Below, piece after piece: positions 30,545 through 43,690 of a stretch of DNA of 64,000 bases (the first letter of the stretch is position 1; the number at the start of each line of letters is the position of its first letter). The stretch lies in assembly GCF_009914755.1 (NCBI RefSeq), contig NC_060936.1. One strand, 5' to 3'. Both the position numbers and the translations under genes were made by a program. Under the pieces are notes generated by a model. The model worked only from the letters and a program-made list of their open reading frames with translations. It was not told the DNA's origin and searched no databases. Source of the DNA: the human T2T-CHM13v2.0 reference genome, Homo sapiens.

Positions 30545-31109
30545 TTTAGTCAGTATTTTACAAACTCCTTTGAATATAAATACCTCCTAATTCACTTGTT
30601 AAATATATGGTTTCCCTAACACCTAGCTTGATGGGAACTAATATTTTGCATTTTAAATAATACCCCAATTGAATTTTTCTCATAAGAGGATATTAGAAAA
30701 AACTGCATTTAACAACACTGGCAATGGCTGTTGAAAAGAAAATAGAAATTGGTATTTAAACACAGGGAATATCATTTGTAGTTTGTGTAATAAATACATG
30801 TGAGATTAAATGCATAAAGTTCTTGTTATATAGTATGGATTTTATCTTCGTCAAAAAATTATCTTGTTATATTGACGAAGTTGCAAGTTCAAGAACTCTA
30901 GGATATTCTTGCGGCAAGGTCAGAACTGGTTAGATTTATCATATAGATTGTGGTGCCTAAGATTTACATCATTGTTTATATATTTCTATCTAAAAAATTG
31001 TCCTCGGTTTCTTAATTCAATAAGCCTATACACTGAACAGGTATAGGTGCTTTTTACTTATACCAAACACGTACACACAAAATATATGTCAGTGAATAAA
31101 TAGATTTGT

Positions 31110-31317
31110 ATTTACTTATTTTTAAAAACTTTTATTGTAGGTTCGGAGGCACATGTGAAGGTTTGTTTTATTACGTAGGTAAACTTGTGTTATGAGGGTT
31201 TGTTGTACAGATTATTTCACCACCCAGGTATTAAGCCCAATACCCAATACTTATCTTTTCTGCTCTTCTCCTTCCTCCCACTCTTCTCCCTCAGGTAGAC
31301 TTCAGTGTCTGCTGTTT
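31110..31317 (-). mobile_element. Older L1PA (about PA13-16) 3' end fragment
   Basis: ggtaaacttgtgttatgagggtttgttgtacagattatttcaccacccaggtattaagcc. Confidence 0.8.
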
Positions 31318-33519
31318 ACAGTTGTCATATTTGTTCTGTATTTTGCTTTGTGGTAGCAATCCTTGTTACAGGTTTTCAGGCCTAAAGCTTTGAGCTGGTT
31401 CACCTGTCTGACATCTTTCCTTCACACCTACAACCAGAGAATCCTGGAGACTGCTCAGTGTGGCTGAACATAGATGAGCTATACACTTGCAACTCAGAGC
31501 TGAAAACCTTAATCCCTGAAGTAATCTCCTACAGCCTTCAGGTCTTTGGATAATTAACACTTTTATTGAAAATCTTAAAAATCTACTGGAGAATATTTCT
31601 AGAGTTTTACAAGATTTTGAAGGTGTGATTCTCTTTCAGTACAGTGAGTTATGCCATTAAATTCCCCCAAATACCTGAAAAGCCCATATGTTTAACGTGC
31701 ATGCTCTTCCATTGTAGGTTGAAAGCTAAGTGCAAAGGTATAGTATCTAGGGTTCTTCTGTGTCCGTTAGACCAAACCACATCCTATGATGTTTTTGTTA
31801 CTCTTAAGATACTGTTATTTTTCAATCTTTGCTATTTTTAAAATCTATGTAGGAAAAGGAGATGTGAAAGAAGCAAGAACAAAAAGCCCACCTTTCTCAC
31901 AATGATTTTGCATTCTCATTTCCATATCTCTTCAAAGGGTTTGGCCTAATTTGGGGTAGGTTTTCATCTCACTAAGTCAGTCCACCCATGCTAATTCAAC
32001 GTTGCCTTAAGTAGCATAGATATCAAAAGTATATCCTGCTGCTTAAGTATACTGCACTCTTCATTAAGGATTGAAGGATATATGTACAAGGTAATGAGTA
32101 CCCATGTGAGTTTTATAACCATCATGAAAATTGGTTGCTTTTCCATGGCTGTTTCTTGTATCCCGATTTCAAAGCCCCTTCCAATGCCCCTCTCCCTCTT
32201 TCTCTTTCTCTGTCTCAATACTCTCAATGGAAACTTCACTGATAATACAGTGGCAATGCATTTAAATGTTAAGTACTGCAAGGAATATTTTTATATTAAA
32301 TACATTTCTAATTTAGGTTGGAAAATGTTTGCTATCCAATTGGTAACTTATTTGCTAATAAAAGTTATAGAATAAAAGCAACCACTCCTTTCCTAATCTA
32401 AGCAGTTGTGTCCCATGGATTTATGCAAATATATAGGAACTTGAGAGTTTTCTAAACCATCCTCATGTAGCAAATATTTGGAAATTTGAAAAATAAATGA
32501 AATGACAGCTTTGGCAGTGTTGGCTTTCTAGTTGGTATAATACGCCTCTAAATGAAGTTAAAGTCTGATATTTGTTAATTATACTTTCATCTCTAAAAAG
32601 TACCTCTTACTTCTATTGTTCTTCAGCGACTTCTCATATCTGTTACCTCCTTAGAAGATGAAAATAATGGAGCATCCCAGCCGTGCAGAAGGATTATTTA
32701 TACTGATAAAGGACCCACTGGGATCCACCATAATTCAATAGAGCATCATGTTGACAATGGGCCAGTAGCCAGTATTTTACCTTTACTCTCCTAAAGAATG
32801 AAGCATTCTTAGCCTGACTCACCTGCACAGTTTCAGGATAGATGCATCAGATTTGCTGTGCTGAAAGGCACTGGAGTAGAGGTGCCCAATCTGGCCTATT
32901 TGCAGATCCACATAGATATCTTGTTAAAAATAAGAATATAGAGCTTCACCTCAGACAGAATGAATCTTAAAATTTTCACTTGGGTTTCATGAAACTATAC
33001 TTACCACAAAGTACTAATTTTCAGAAAAAGAAACTACGAACAGAAGTTACTTAGTGGTTTGTGCAGGAACTCACATTTTCAGTGTCCCCATCTATTTTCA
33101 CAGTTACAGCATGCTGATGAATATATTCTAAGAAACACAATGGGAATAAAACATCTCACCAAACCATGAACTCTTTATAACAAAGTCTTTGCTAACTTGT
33201 GGCATAATCAGTATTTCCACTGCACATCTTGTGCCTAATCCTATGTAGAAACTGGAAGAAAGAAGTTTAGCTCTCTTGAAACACTACACCAGGAAGCATT
33301 TGTGTATATGTTGCCAATATTCAATCAGATTTAAGACAAAAAATTTTAAACAAATTACATACTACTTTACTTTGGAAAAATAAAACATATATTACATAAA
33401 ATAAACTATATGTTTCTTTGGAAATTATATTTTGATACTGAAAAAAGTCATTGGGTATTAATAGTGTGATTTGGTTTAACTAAATTCATTGTCATGGTTT
33501 TTACCCTTTATAATATTTT

Positions 33520-33565
33520 TATATATATACACGTATATATATATATATATACGTGTATATATATA
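33520..33565. repeat. Perfect 46-bp (TA)-rich palindrome
   Basis: tatatatatacacgt(at)8acgtgtatatatata is self-complementary base for base. Confidence 0.95.
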
Positions 33566-33756
33566 TTGTGTAGGTCTTATTTACAAAATATATGCATTAG
33601 CTTAAGAGAAAAAATAACAAATTATAGTAAATGTGATAACCTGTTGTCTTTTTAAAATTTCACTTTACATAGGTATGTCATATGTCCTATTTCATTAAAA
33701 TAAACTTTTTTAATATTACTGTGCTGTTGAATGATTCTAGCTTTGTAATGGTTCTT

Positions 33757-33918
33757 TTTTGAGTTTATAATATTTTATTAACAAAAACATGCTTTCATTT
33801 AATTACAGGAAATTATCTAGATTTGATTATATTTTATTTTTTTTTTTAATTATACTTTAAGTTTTAGGGTACATGTGCACAACGTGCAGGTTAGTTACAT
33901 ATGTATACATGTGCCATG
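33757..33918 (-). mobile_element. Severely 5'-truncated L1PA2/3 with 3'-transduced flank
   Basis: ~70 bp L1 3' end, A11, ~76 bp unique sequence with AATAAA, short A tail, all between 13-bp TSDs tgtaatggttctt. Confidence 0.85.
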
Positions 33919-34270
33919 TAATGGTTCTTAAAATAGTTTAGGAGTATTCTGAATATTGTGGAAGATGCTGGACTCTATGTGGTGGCTCTAACAACATACA
34001 ACTTTCTGTCCCCCAAAAGGGGGTTGATTTGCTTTGCTAGTTTCCCCATTATATAAGAGTCCAAGTGTTAAATACTAAGTTAAAATTGGTCTAGATGATA
34101 AATACCTGAGAGGATGTTTGGTTTATTCTTGCACCTTCGCGTCTGGAAGCATCAGGCACCCGTGAGAGTCCCTGATTTAAGCTCTGCTCACTTTCACCTT
34201 TGCATAAAAAAGCAGAACACATTCAACTGTTATTTTTAATCGTTCTTTTCATAAGTAATACAAGTTTTCT

Positions 34271-34277
34271 TGTGTGT

Positions 34278-34312
<35 letters not shown>
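34271..34312. repeat. (GT)n microsatellite
   Basis: Directly visible. Confidence 0.95.
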
Positions 34313-34317
<5 letters not shown>

Positions 34318-34405
34318 AAAGAAGCAAAACAAAAATGATGAAGCAAAAAAAACAATCTACAACTTCGTAATTTGCCAGTTACAGCCGGTGGTGCTTTTAC
34401 ATTGC

Positions 34406-34424
34406 TGCTGCCACCTAGTGGCTA
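34406..34424 (-). promoter_or_regulatory. CTCF binding motif
   Basis: Minus strand TAGCCACTAGGTGGCAGCA fits the CCASYAGRKGGC core without mismatch; CpG-retaining unique flank. Confidence 0.7.
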
Positions 34425-36281
34425 CCTTGTAGAAATCTATCCGCTGGTTCTCGGGAAAGAAACTGCAGAGGGCTCCTCAAACAACGTAGCAAGCAGTCAA
34501 AATTGATTTTCCTATTGTGTTAGTCCTCCTTGCAACATAAACATGTCCTAACAGAAGGAAAATATTGCTTATTAAAAAACGTCCTTAATCAACAAGGAAC
34601 AGAGTAGATGATAAAATCCAATGAATGCTTTGGAGAAATACAACTTATTTAACTTGTATATGCAAATCTACGATAGCATCTCTTTTTCTGTGATTTCAGA
34701 CTTTCTGTTGTTATTTCATATAGTAGATTCACTGGTTTCCACAGAGTAAAACGGGAAAAAAAAGAAGTAGAGATGGGTTAGAAAGACAGATGAGAAGAAA
34801 CCTGAGATAAGCTCTGTGTTTTGTCTGCTAATTTGTTGCTTTCTGGGTCCTAAATGTGATGATTGTGGTAATTGTTTGTGTTGTGGGCTTTTCCCCCAAT
34901 TTTTCTTTATACTTTGCATTGTACAGAAAAGAATGAGCCACCCAGAGATTATAGTTGACTGTTCATCAAGTAGGGCAAATGAGCCAATGTCCTTGGAAAT
35001 GTTTAGACAGAAACAGAGCATCCCTTCTGGTTTCCTGAGGCAATTTCAAGGGAGAATTAATTTATTTACTAATTTTCTGAAGAAATAGGTGACCACTGAC
35101 TTGAAGTAGGATTGGTGTTTAGAGCACAGAAATAAAGATTAGAAGTGCGCAAGCTTGTGGCAATACAAAGCAAATATATATATTAGTATGTTATATATTA
35201 TATACTAATATAATAAAAGATTAGAAATGTTATCAGAATATCAGAAATGTCAGAAATATTTTTACCACTTCAGCCTCACATCACAAAAATTGGCAATATC
35301 GTCAGCTATTCCTGTTGCATATCTCAAAACATCATTCTACACAGTGAATTTATATTACATGCAGATCTTTATCATAAGCAGTGTGGTGCAGAAATCCTGT
35401 TATAAAGAAAAATGGACAATATACATTTTAAAGAAGTAATGGAAAAGTATAACGGAGTTATCCAATGGTAATTCAGACAATACTTGGGTGGTATATCAAC
35501 CAAGGTACAATAGGAAATAGCAGCTTGGAGTGATTTATCTACGTTCTTAAAGAGAAGGAATTTCATACAGGAGATTAGGATACAAGTCATGAAATGCATT
35601 AGAAACCCTAACTCAAAAGCTGGGAAGTACAAGAAGCTGCTACCACTCCTCTACTTGATCATCAAAGGACAGAACTGACAGTACACACAGGAAGAGACCA
35701 AGGCCACCCAAAAGAAGCCTATACATGGTAGACCAGTCTAGGTGAAGGGGAAGCTTTGAAGCAGATACCACTATTGCTAAAGAAGCAAGGAGAAAAGCTC
35801 TGACACTTTCTTTACCCTTACCCTACAGTCATATGAGCAGGTCTTTAATTGGCTGAAAATAGTAGGAAGCCTGATGAAAAGTGATCCTAAATATGTAGCG
35901 TGCAAAAGTGATGATCTCCCAACATAGAATAGAGATAAGAAAGGGAGATGAATGAATTTAAGATCAAAACAAGCCAAGACAGGCATCAGTAAGGACAGTA
36001 AGAAGCACAAAAACCAAGAGGACTGACAGGGGAACAGAACATGACCTGAAGGATGAAGGAAGTATGAAATATAATGAAGGAGAAAGGAAGGAGAAGAATA
36101 TATCAGGGCAGCAAAAATAATAAGGCAGGATTCCAAGGAAAGACTGTGAATGGTGTTATCAGGAACAGCGAGGAGAAGACTAGACAATTTGAAAAAGAGC
36201 ATGCGGCATCTAGACAAGTTTGGAGAGTCAAGAAGACTTGAATGCTAGAATAAGAAACTGGAAATCAATTCTATAGACTAT

Positions 36282-36572
36282 CCATTTCCAGAAGCTTATC
36301 ATACAGGATGATAGTTCTGGAAGATGCTACAGCAGCTTGCTTGTTAAAAGGATGTTCATTGTCAAAGAGTTGGGGAAATGTTAGTTTTTAGAATCTTTTA
36401 TATGCTACTGTGCTCTCTGGATCCATGAGATGTATATCATAACGTAATATAAAGTTTCATAAATGTGTTTATTATCATAATGTAACAAAGTTTCATAAAT
36501 TTATTTATTTGTATATTTATAATACATCTTATTGGTCTAGTGGTTTATTACAAGGCACTCTGGAAAAACTGC
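36282..36572. mobile_element. Degenerate hAT-Charlie-type MITE
   Basis: Weak inverted ends (catttccaga...tctggaaaaactg) and internal gtcaaagagttggggaaatg. Confidence 0.35.
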
Positions 36573-38365
36573 TAAATAATTTTGAAATCCTGCCATTTGC
36601 CAGCAAACTGAATGAAGAGTGAGATGTTCATAAGGCAACTAATTCCCAAAGATTGAAATAAGTAAAAAAATACTGTTATAAGAAACTTGAATTGATTCAA
36701 ATTTCCACTAATTCATAGTTTATGATCCATTCCCTGGAATTATACTATTAATTGAAAATATGTTTTAAAAAAACAAGTGTTTTAATGGGTTTTAATGTAA
36801 AAGATTTGATCTGAAAAAGACAGCTAATATTCATAATTACAAATAATTCTCATGTATTCACTGAAGTAAAATGATGGGGCTTTTCATTCAGTCAGGAGTT
36901 TTAGTTGCTCAAATATTTTTATGAAACAGTTTAAGGTTATTCTGATTGAAACTATTATCTAATTTGAAATTGTTCCAGGCCGTCTATTTAGAAGGTCAAA
37001 GTGGCTCTAGACAGAAATGTTTAAAACTACTGAAACAAACCTCATTGTTCATGGGTATCCAGTAATAAGAAGGAAAGAATTAACAGCAGGCCTGTAGCAC
37101 ACTCCTTCCATACAGGGACACTGGAGTGGTGGGTGGAGTCTGACTTTGGACAGACCTCTTTGCAAATATTAATAGAGTGCATTGATGGAAACATGCTAGG
37201 AGTCTTTATCTATAAAATATTTTAGGTGGATATACCTGACCAGTCTAGACTGCTTATTGTAGATAAATCTGGGATTTATGGTTTGTGGAACTTGAATGTC
37301 TGGGAAATGAAGAGTAGTTACATAAGCTGTCAAATTAGTGGAATACAAAGCAGGGACATTTCAAAATTGAAATGGCTCATTTTTGAGTTTAATGCTTTTG
37401 CATATATTGCTAATAAACCTCATAGTTAATCCTACACCAAAATGCCAACCAGGTTGGAACAGAATTGATATTTTGGAGAGCTGAATTTGAAAATTTCGAG
37501 TTCCTCCAGGGAATATCTTGATGTTTGCTTGTATCATTTGAGTCCTGAGCAGATCTGGTTCCTGGTTAAGATCCTCAGTCTGATTTAATATTTCAACCCT
37601 TTTTGACAACACAGATTGGTAGAGTAGGCATGATTAACTTTTAGACCTGTAAATTATGATCACTCAAACACTTTTTAATAAGAAATGAGGGTTTCATAAT
37701 GAGGGTGTAACATAATGAGGGTTTGTTGCCGGAATAGTGTATTCTTGTTATGAAGTAGCAAAAACCTTGACTCCATCTATGGAGGGAAAGATTTAACAGT
37801 GGAATTTATGGGAAATAGGTTTAGATCTAGGGAGATTAGCTAAGTGAATACACAAATAATGTAAGTTTAAAGAAGGTTATAAAACCATGCTATTCCCTAG
37901 CTGGTGATAGCAGTCCTCATCAAACACAGAAAAAAAGACAGACTTTTAAATCTTTTTAAACGTCAAACATCAAAAACAGAAAAAAAAGAAAGACTTTTTT
38001 TTAATTGATTACTGAACAAAGACATTGTATTCAATCATAACCCAGGTGACCTCAGATTCCAGAGGTTACTCTGGTTAGAGCTGGGGTTCTTTATGAAGAC
38101 ATCAAAGAACGAGTCTGATGAATTCCTGTTAGCATGAATTATCAGAAAAAAGAAGTGATTTGGGAGCATGTCACTAATTTTATATACATTTGAATGAAAG
38201 GGGTTATGTCTCAATTCCAGATGGCGGAAAACTATTGTGAGAAGCGGCTTTCAGATGGTTTAATATATACCTTGTAACAATGGGTAATGATAAGGTTTCT
38301 GAAGGCTTATACCGAGTGAGGTAACCTCCCTACACTCTCCTTTACCAACAGATGGAATGACTTTC

Positions 38366-38367
38366 TT

Positions 38368-38402
<35 letters not shown>

Positions 38403-38682
38403 TGGAGTCTCACTCTGCCACCCAGGCTGGAGTACAGTGGCAGGATTTTGGCTCACTGCAACCTCCACCTCCTGGGTTCAAGCGATTCTCCTGCCTCTCA
38501 GCCTCCCGAGTAGCTGGGATTACAGGCATGGACCACCATGCCCAGCTGATTTTTGTATTTTTGGTAGAGATGGGGTTTTATCATGTTGGCCAGGCTGGTC
38601 TCAAACTCCTGACCTCAGGCAGTCTGCCCGCATTGGCTTCCCAAAGTGCTGAGATTACAGGCTTGAGCCACCGTGCCTGGCC
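38366..38682 (-). mobile_element. AluSx-type with long poly(A)
   Basis: Full dimer, cctgacctcagg, ~30-nt T tract. Confidence 0.93.
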
Positions 38683-39540
38683 ACAATACTACTTTCAAAA
38701 GAGTACATAGGTGCAAGCAATCCAGATTGGCTATACCTGATCAGATTGACACACTTAAATTCATGCTATTTGCACAAACCCTGGTAGATGCAAAAATATA
38801 TCAACTATGCTCCAGGGATTTGGGGTCATTGAGGAGGAGAGGAGAGGAGGGAGTAAAATAATATTCCAAAAACAGCAATTGGTCTGCTAGCTAAGTGATC
38901 ATGCGTGGGGCTGAATGATGAAGAAAACATTTATGCTATACAAAAAGATGTTACTATGGGGGATGGGTGGAAGGAAAGAAAGAAAAGAAAAGCAGGGAGA
39001 GGGCCTGATAACCGACTTAGCTGAATGAAGTTTTTCAGGTGGCTATTGAAAAATAGGAAAAAATGAGGAAACTGACGGGGCTGCCATCATTAAGCTGGTG
39101 GGATGTTACAGATGCTTGAGGGGATAAAACATCTACTTTAGCACCTCCCTAACCTCTTAAAGTGCTCCCTCAATTTAGTCAATATATCCTCTCCTGGACA
39201 AATTCAAATCCAATCATGAAGGATTTAGAATGAAGAATGCTTAAACAAAGAGCCGAATTTACACTATCAGTTAAAGCTATAGATTTGAAAAAATATAAAC
39301 TACTAGGTTGATATCTATTCATCTTACCCATAGTGGGGCATTAAAGGCCTTTTGATTTTAAATATTCCAGTAATTTTATGCAAAACTATCACTGGATACA
39401 ATTTCTCATTGTATAGGTATTCCCAAGGGGGATAGAAAGAAATGGTCAAAGGTAAACCAGGATTATATAGAGATGTCCTGATAGGAGAGTTATGCTACAA
39501 ATTAGAAAATGTGACTAGAAGAAATATTAAATATTCTGGG

Positions 39541-39892
39541 TGATACGATTTGGCTCTGTGCCCCCACCCAAATCTCATGTCAAATTGTAATCCCCAGTGT
39601 TGAAGGAGGGCCCTGGTGGGAGGTGACTGAATCGGGGGGCGGACTTCCCCTTTGCTGTTCTCATGATAGTAAGTTCTCACGAGATCTGGTTGTTTAAAAG
39701 TGTGTCCACTTCCCACCCCCTCCTGCTCCACCATGTGAAGATGTGCCTGCTTCCCCTTCGCCTTCCACCATGATGATAAGTTTCCTGAGGCCTCCCCAGA
39801 AGCAGAAGCCAGAAGCCAATTAAACCTCTTTTCTTTGTAAACTACCCAGGCTCAGGTAGTTCTTTAGAGCAGTGTGAAAATGGACTAATACA
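39541..39892 (+). mobile_element. MSTA solo LTR (ERVL-MaLR)
   Basis: tgatacgatttggctctgtg...tggactaataca; perfect 5-bp TSD ctggg (39536-39540, 39893-39897). Confidence 0.92.
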
Positions 39893-40471
39893 CTGGGGTT
39901 GTGTTGTTGTTATTGACATGCACAATTGGAATGAATATTGAGTCTCAATGAGAGATTCTGCCTTTACTACACTTGCATGAGTTAGCCCTTCCCTTGGTTT
40001 CAAATGGACATGATAAAGGAGAACCTTTATAATTGCCCAAGCCCTTATTGGATGTAATAAATAAGAAAATGGTAGTAGAGGAAGTACAGTGAGTGTTCTT
40101 AACCTCTTTTTTTCAACAGCCTGTCTGGCCCGCACATGAGGCAAACTGATTATGGAAATTAAGAGTGCATTGCTAGGGATCAAAGAAAGTGCTCCCCACT
40201 ATTTCTTTAGCTACACCCAAGAGAGTAAAGACTATGCAAGAAGTACCTGAAGTGTGCAACAGGTTACAAGTGATTGAAAAAACATGAAAGACTTGGCTAA
40301 GGACTTTTTTCCATACCCATTTTGAGGTCCAGCCAGGCACAATTTGCGTTTTTATGGAATAACGTTCCATATACATATATTTTTTTTCACGTGGATACTT
40401 GAATTTACAGCCATACTGTCATAATTCAATGTGATAAGCCTTGAACCTGATGACCATTAAGAATACTTTAT

Positions 40472-40785
40472 GGCCAGGTGTGGTGGCTCATGTCTGTAAT
40501 CCCAGCACACTATGGGAGGCTGAGGCAGGTGGATCGCTTGAGTCCAGGAGTTCAAGGGTAGCCTGGGCAACATGGTGAAACCCTGTCTCTACTAGAAAAA
40601 AAAGGAAAAAATTAGCTGGGCATGGTGGTGGGCACCTGTAGTGCCAGATACTCAGGCAATCTGCCTGGAGGCTGAGGTGAGAATTACCTGAGCCTGGGAA
40701 ATTGAGGCTACAGTGAGCCCTGGTTGTCCCAGTGTGCCCCAGCCTGGGTGACAGAGTGAGCCATTGTCTCAAAAAAATAATAAAA
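40472..40785 (+). mobile_element. AluJ
   Basis: gcttgagtccaggag, gaggctacagtgagcc, A-rich tail. Confidence 0.9.
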
Positions 40786-43484
40786 CTTTACTGAACTACA
40801 TTCATAATATCATGATAATTTTCTCCCAGAGAAAGCAGTGCAAAGAGTTAAGGGCTGTGGTGCTTTATAGCCTGTTGAGACTGACTGATTAAAATATAAA
40901 TCCTGGCCCATTCTGTGAAATTTTGCTAAGTTATGTGGGACAGAGAACAGAGACATCCTTTGAACTTTGAGAAGTAAATTATTATCTCTTACTTACCTCT
41001 CTGATAAAGAATAAGCTTGGAGATTGGTGGGACTGTTTGTGGAGATCACATCAACCCACCTAGGAATGCTGCTGAACTCTATGACTAAGAAGCCCAGAGC
41101 TCTTAAAAGTTCTAGATTGTGGTTGGAAAAGCCAGACTAAGTGTTTGGGTATGTTTAAAATAGACATTTTTGCTGAGATAGAAAGTAGATTGATTGTGGA
41201 TGAAGAAATACTGAAAAATAGTAAATATATACCACTCAGAAGAGCAAGGAAAAGCTAACTTCTTTTAAGCACTGTGGTTTATGAATTGGCTCTATCACCA
41301 AGCAAGTGCAGGCTGGCACTGAGGGAAATCAGGTAAAATGGAACTACAGAACAGTGGAAGAGCCACAGATTTGTACCACTGGCTCTACTTATCTGTGCTC
41401 TGTCATTCTACCTCCCATGGCCAACTCCACATAGGTAAATTAGACCTCTATAAGAAGAGAGATTCTTAGCTTGTAAATAATATCCATGAGAACATCCTAC
41501 TTACTCTGCCCAGAGTTGTTCTCTGCAGTACTCATTGGTAGAATTGGGTTCAACGTAGAGAATATTTAGACTATGCCATTAGCTCAGAGGATGGTGGCAT
41601 TGAGGTTCCCATGCAGAGTCTTACAACATTCTTACAGGTAGTGCAGTCTGAAACAAAACTCTGGGATAGATTAGCCATGCTTCTGACATATTGTGACATT
41701 TCCTGTATAAAACGATACATAATCTGTATAATGTTTTAAGGAAAAAACTACGAATTCCTGATTCTACAAACACGTACTGGAGTGAGAAAATAAAATATAT
41801 AAAAGATCAAAAGCCATTGTTACTTAAATGTGAGACTGAAGAGAACAGCAATATATAGAGATTGCAGGCCCAATGTGTGATTACACTCCCCATGCATTTT
41901 AAGGGCTGTGAAAGAATATCTGATTTTTTTTTCCAAAGTCATATAGTAAATAGATAGCACTAACAAAGTCAAATATTAATAACCAAGAACTACAGATCCT
42001 CAAATCCCCTTTCCCCCAACCAGCAAAACCCATAGAAATTTACACTGACCAAAGTAAATAGAAAATAAAAGTCAAACCACTTAAACGGTTGACATTTAGG
42101 GATAGAGCCAGGCACTTGCTTTATCTTTCAGAATTACCAGGGTTATAACATTAACAGAAAATAAGTGATATTATAGACATGGAGTAAAAGTTGGAGTTAA
42201 GGTCCAATGAGCAATAGTTTAATTAATAACTGCTGGTGATTAACATAATTTTAAATTTTACCTTGGCAATAGAGAACCGCTTAACTTTGCACATCATAAC
42301 TGCCTTTTCTTTTGATTTTCTAAATAGGAAAGAACTAGTTTAAAGAAAAATAGCATATAGTCATGGCTATGTAGATTATACCCCAAATTAATTTTGAACT
42401 GATTAGTTGTAACGAACAGAGTTGACTTAGAATATAGGGTATCTCATTGACAAATTTTTTTTCTCTGTTTCTCTGTTATGCTGTCCTTTTGGAATATAAA
42501 TTTACAAATGCATTCTTTTGATGAATTACTTGACTGACCCAGAACAAGAATAGGGTTTACCTTATTAAATTGTTATAGTATAGTCCAAAGGTTGTTCTTT
42601 TTGGTGAATGTTCATGATAGGTGACCATGGCCAAGTATATAATGACTATTGTCTTTAAATGTTGGTTTCAGGTTCTGACTTTCACTCTGTGGTATACACT
42701 GTGAGAATGCTTAATAGAAAGAAAAAGAAAAAATCATAGTCTCTTCTCTAGCCAGACAGTACTAGGCATGATGATGTTTGTGGTAGTGTGGGTACTGAAA
42801 ACTATCAGAAAATAAAGGTAAAATAATAGGAAACAACAATTAACCAGTCAGAAATGTCTTCTGTAGAAAAGGAGAGGGCTCAGTCCTTCATCACTTGAAG
42901 CCATTTCAGCACCGAGTAATCATAACTTCAAAAATGTCTGGGTATAACTTTTATTTTGGATACAACTTGCTGCTCTACCCAATATCTTTTGCTGTGGAAT
43001 CTTTTATTCACTATTAGTCCTCCTGAGAAAGAGTGATTTTTTTAAAAGAAACTTTTCACAGGAGTTTTACAGAAAACATATTACCTGGCCGTCTGAGATT
43101 CAGGGAAATCTGAATGACTATTCCTCTCTCAATGCAAAAGAAAATGTGGCAGAAACCAGGAACTGTGAATTCACTGGCTACAGGTTTTAAAAATCCTGAC
43201 ATGTAAAAGAAATATTAAATTTAAAAAGATTATACGTGGTTTATTAGAATTTCTAAAATTTATTTGACTTTCTTATGATATTGCTAAAGATGTTAGGCAA
43301 TGCACGTGACTTTTTAATTCTTTGTGATGTCTGTATCAAAATACACAAAGCACTATACAAGTTATGTAATCTGTGGACCCTAGATTATTTTCATTGTCAT
43401 CATCAGAAGAGGAAGAGGAAGGAGAAGGAGAGCCACAACAATGATGCATCAGTTACAACAACATGAATGAGAAACAAAAACAGT

Positions 43485-43690
43485 GAGGATAATTGAAAAC
43501 CTATTACATGTTTGACACTAGGCACTTAGCATGCATTTTTTGTTACTGTTTTGGTTATTCCAGTAATGCTATAAATAACTGTTATCTTTATTTTATAAAG
43601 AAAGGAAATGAGGCCTAGAGAAGTGAGGAAACTTGCTGAAGTTCATTAATAATAATGAGCATGTGGCTTTCAAGTTCAGTCCAACTGCTC
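43485..43690 (-). mobile_element. MIR SINE
   Basis: attttataaagaaaggaaatgaggcctagagaagtgaggaaacttgctgaagttca. Confidence 0.7.

Noticed and set aside
32816-32860. Isolated strong donors (minus CAG|GTGAGT at 32822; others near 28927, 50116, 50069, 43891)
   Set aside because: Expected by chance at this length; no consistent exon chain or reading frame
35777-36217. 146-aa hydrophobic ORF
   Set aside because: Antisense reading of a purine-rich, L2-like tract gives an L/S/F-rich artefact
37684-38000. Short local duplications (aatgagggt x3; catcaaa..cagaaaaaaaga..agactttt x2; similar at 36455-36500 and 63005-63056)
   Set aside because: Ordinary slippage duplications, with no repeat-spacer array or other structure
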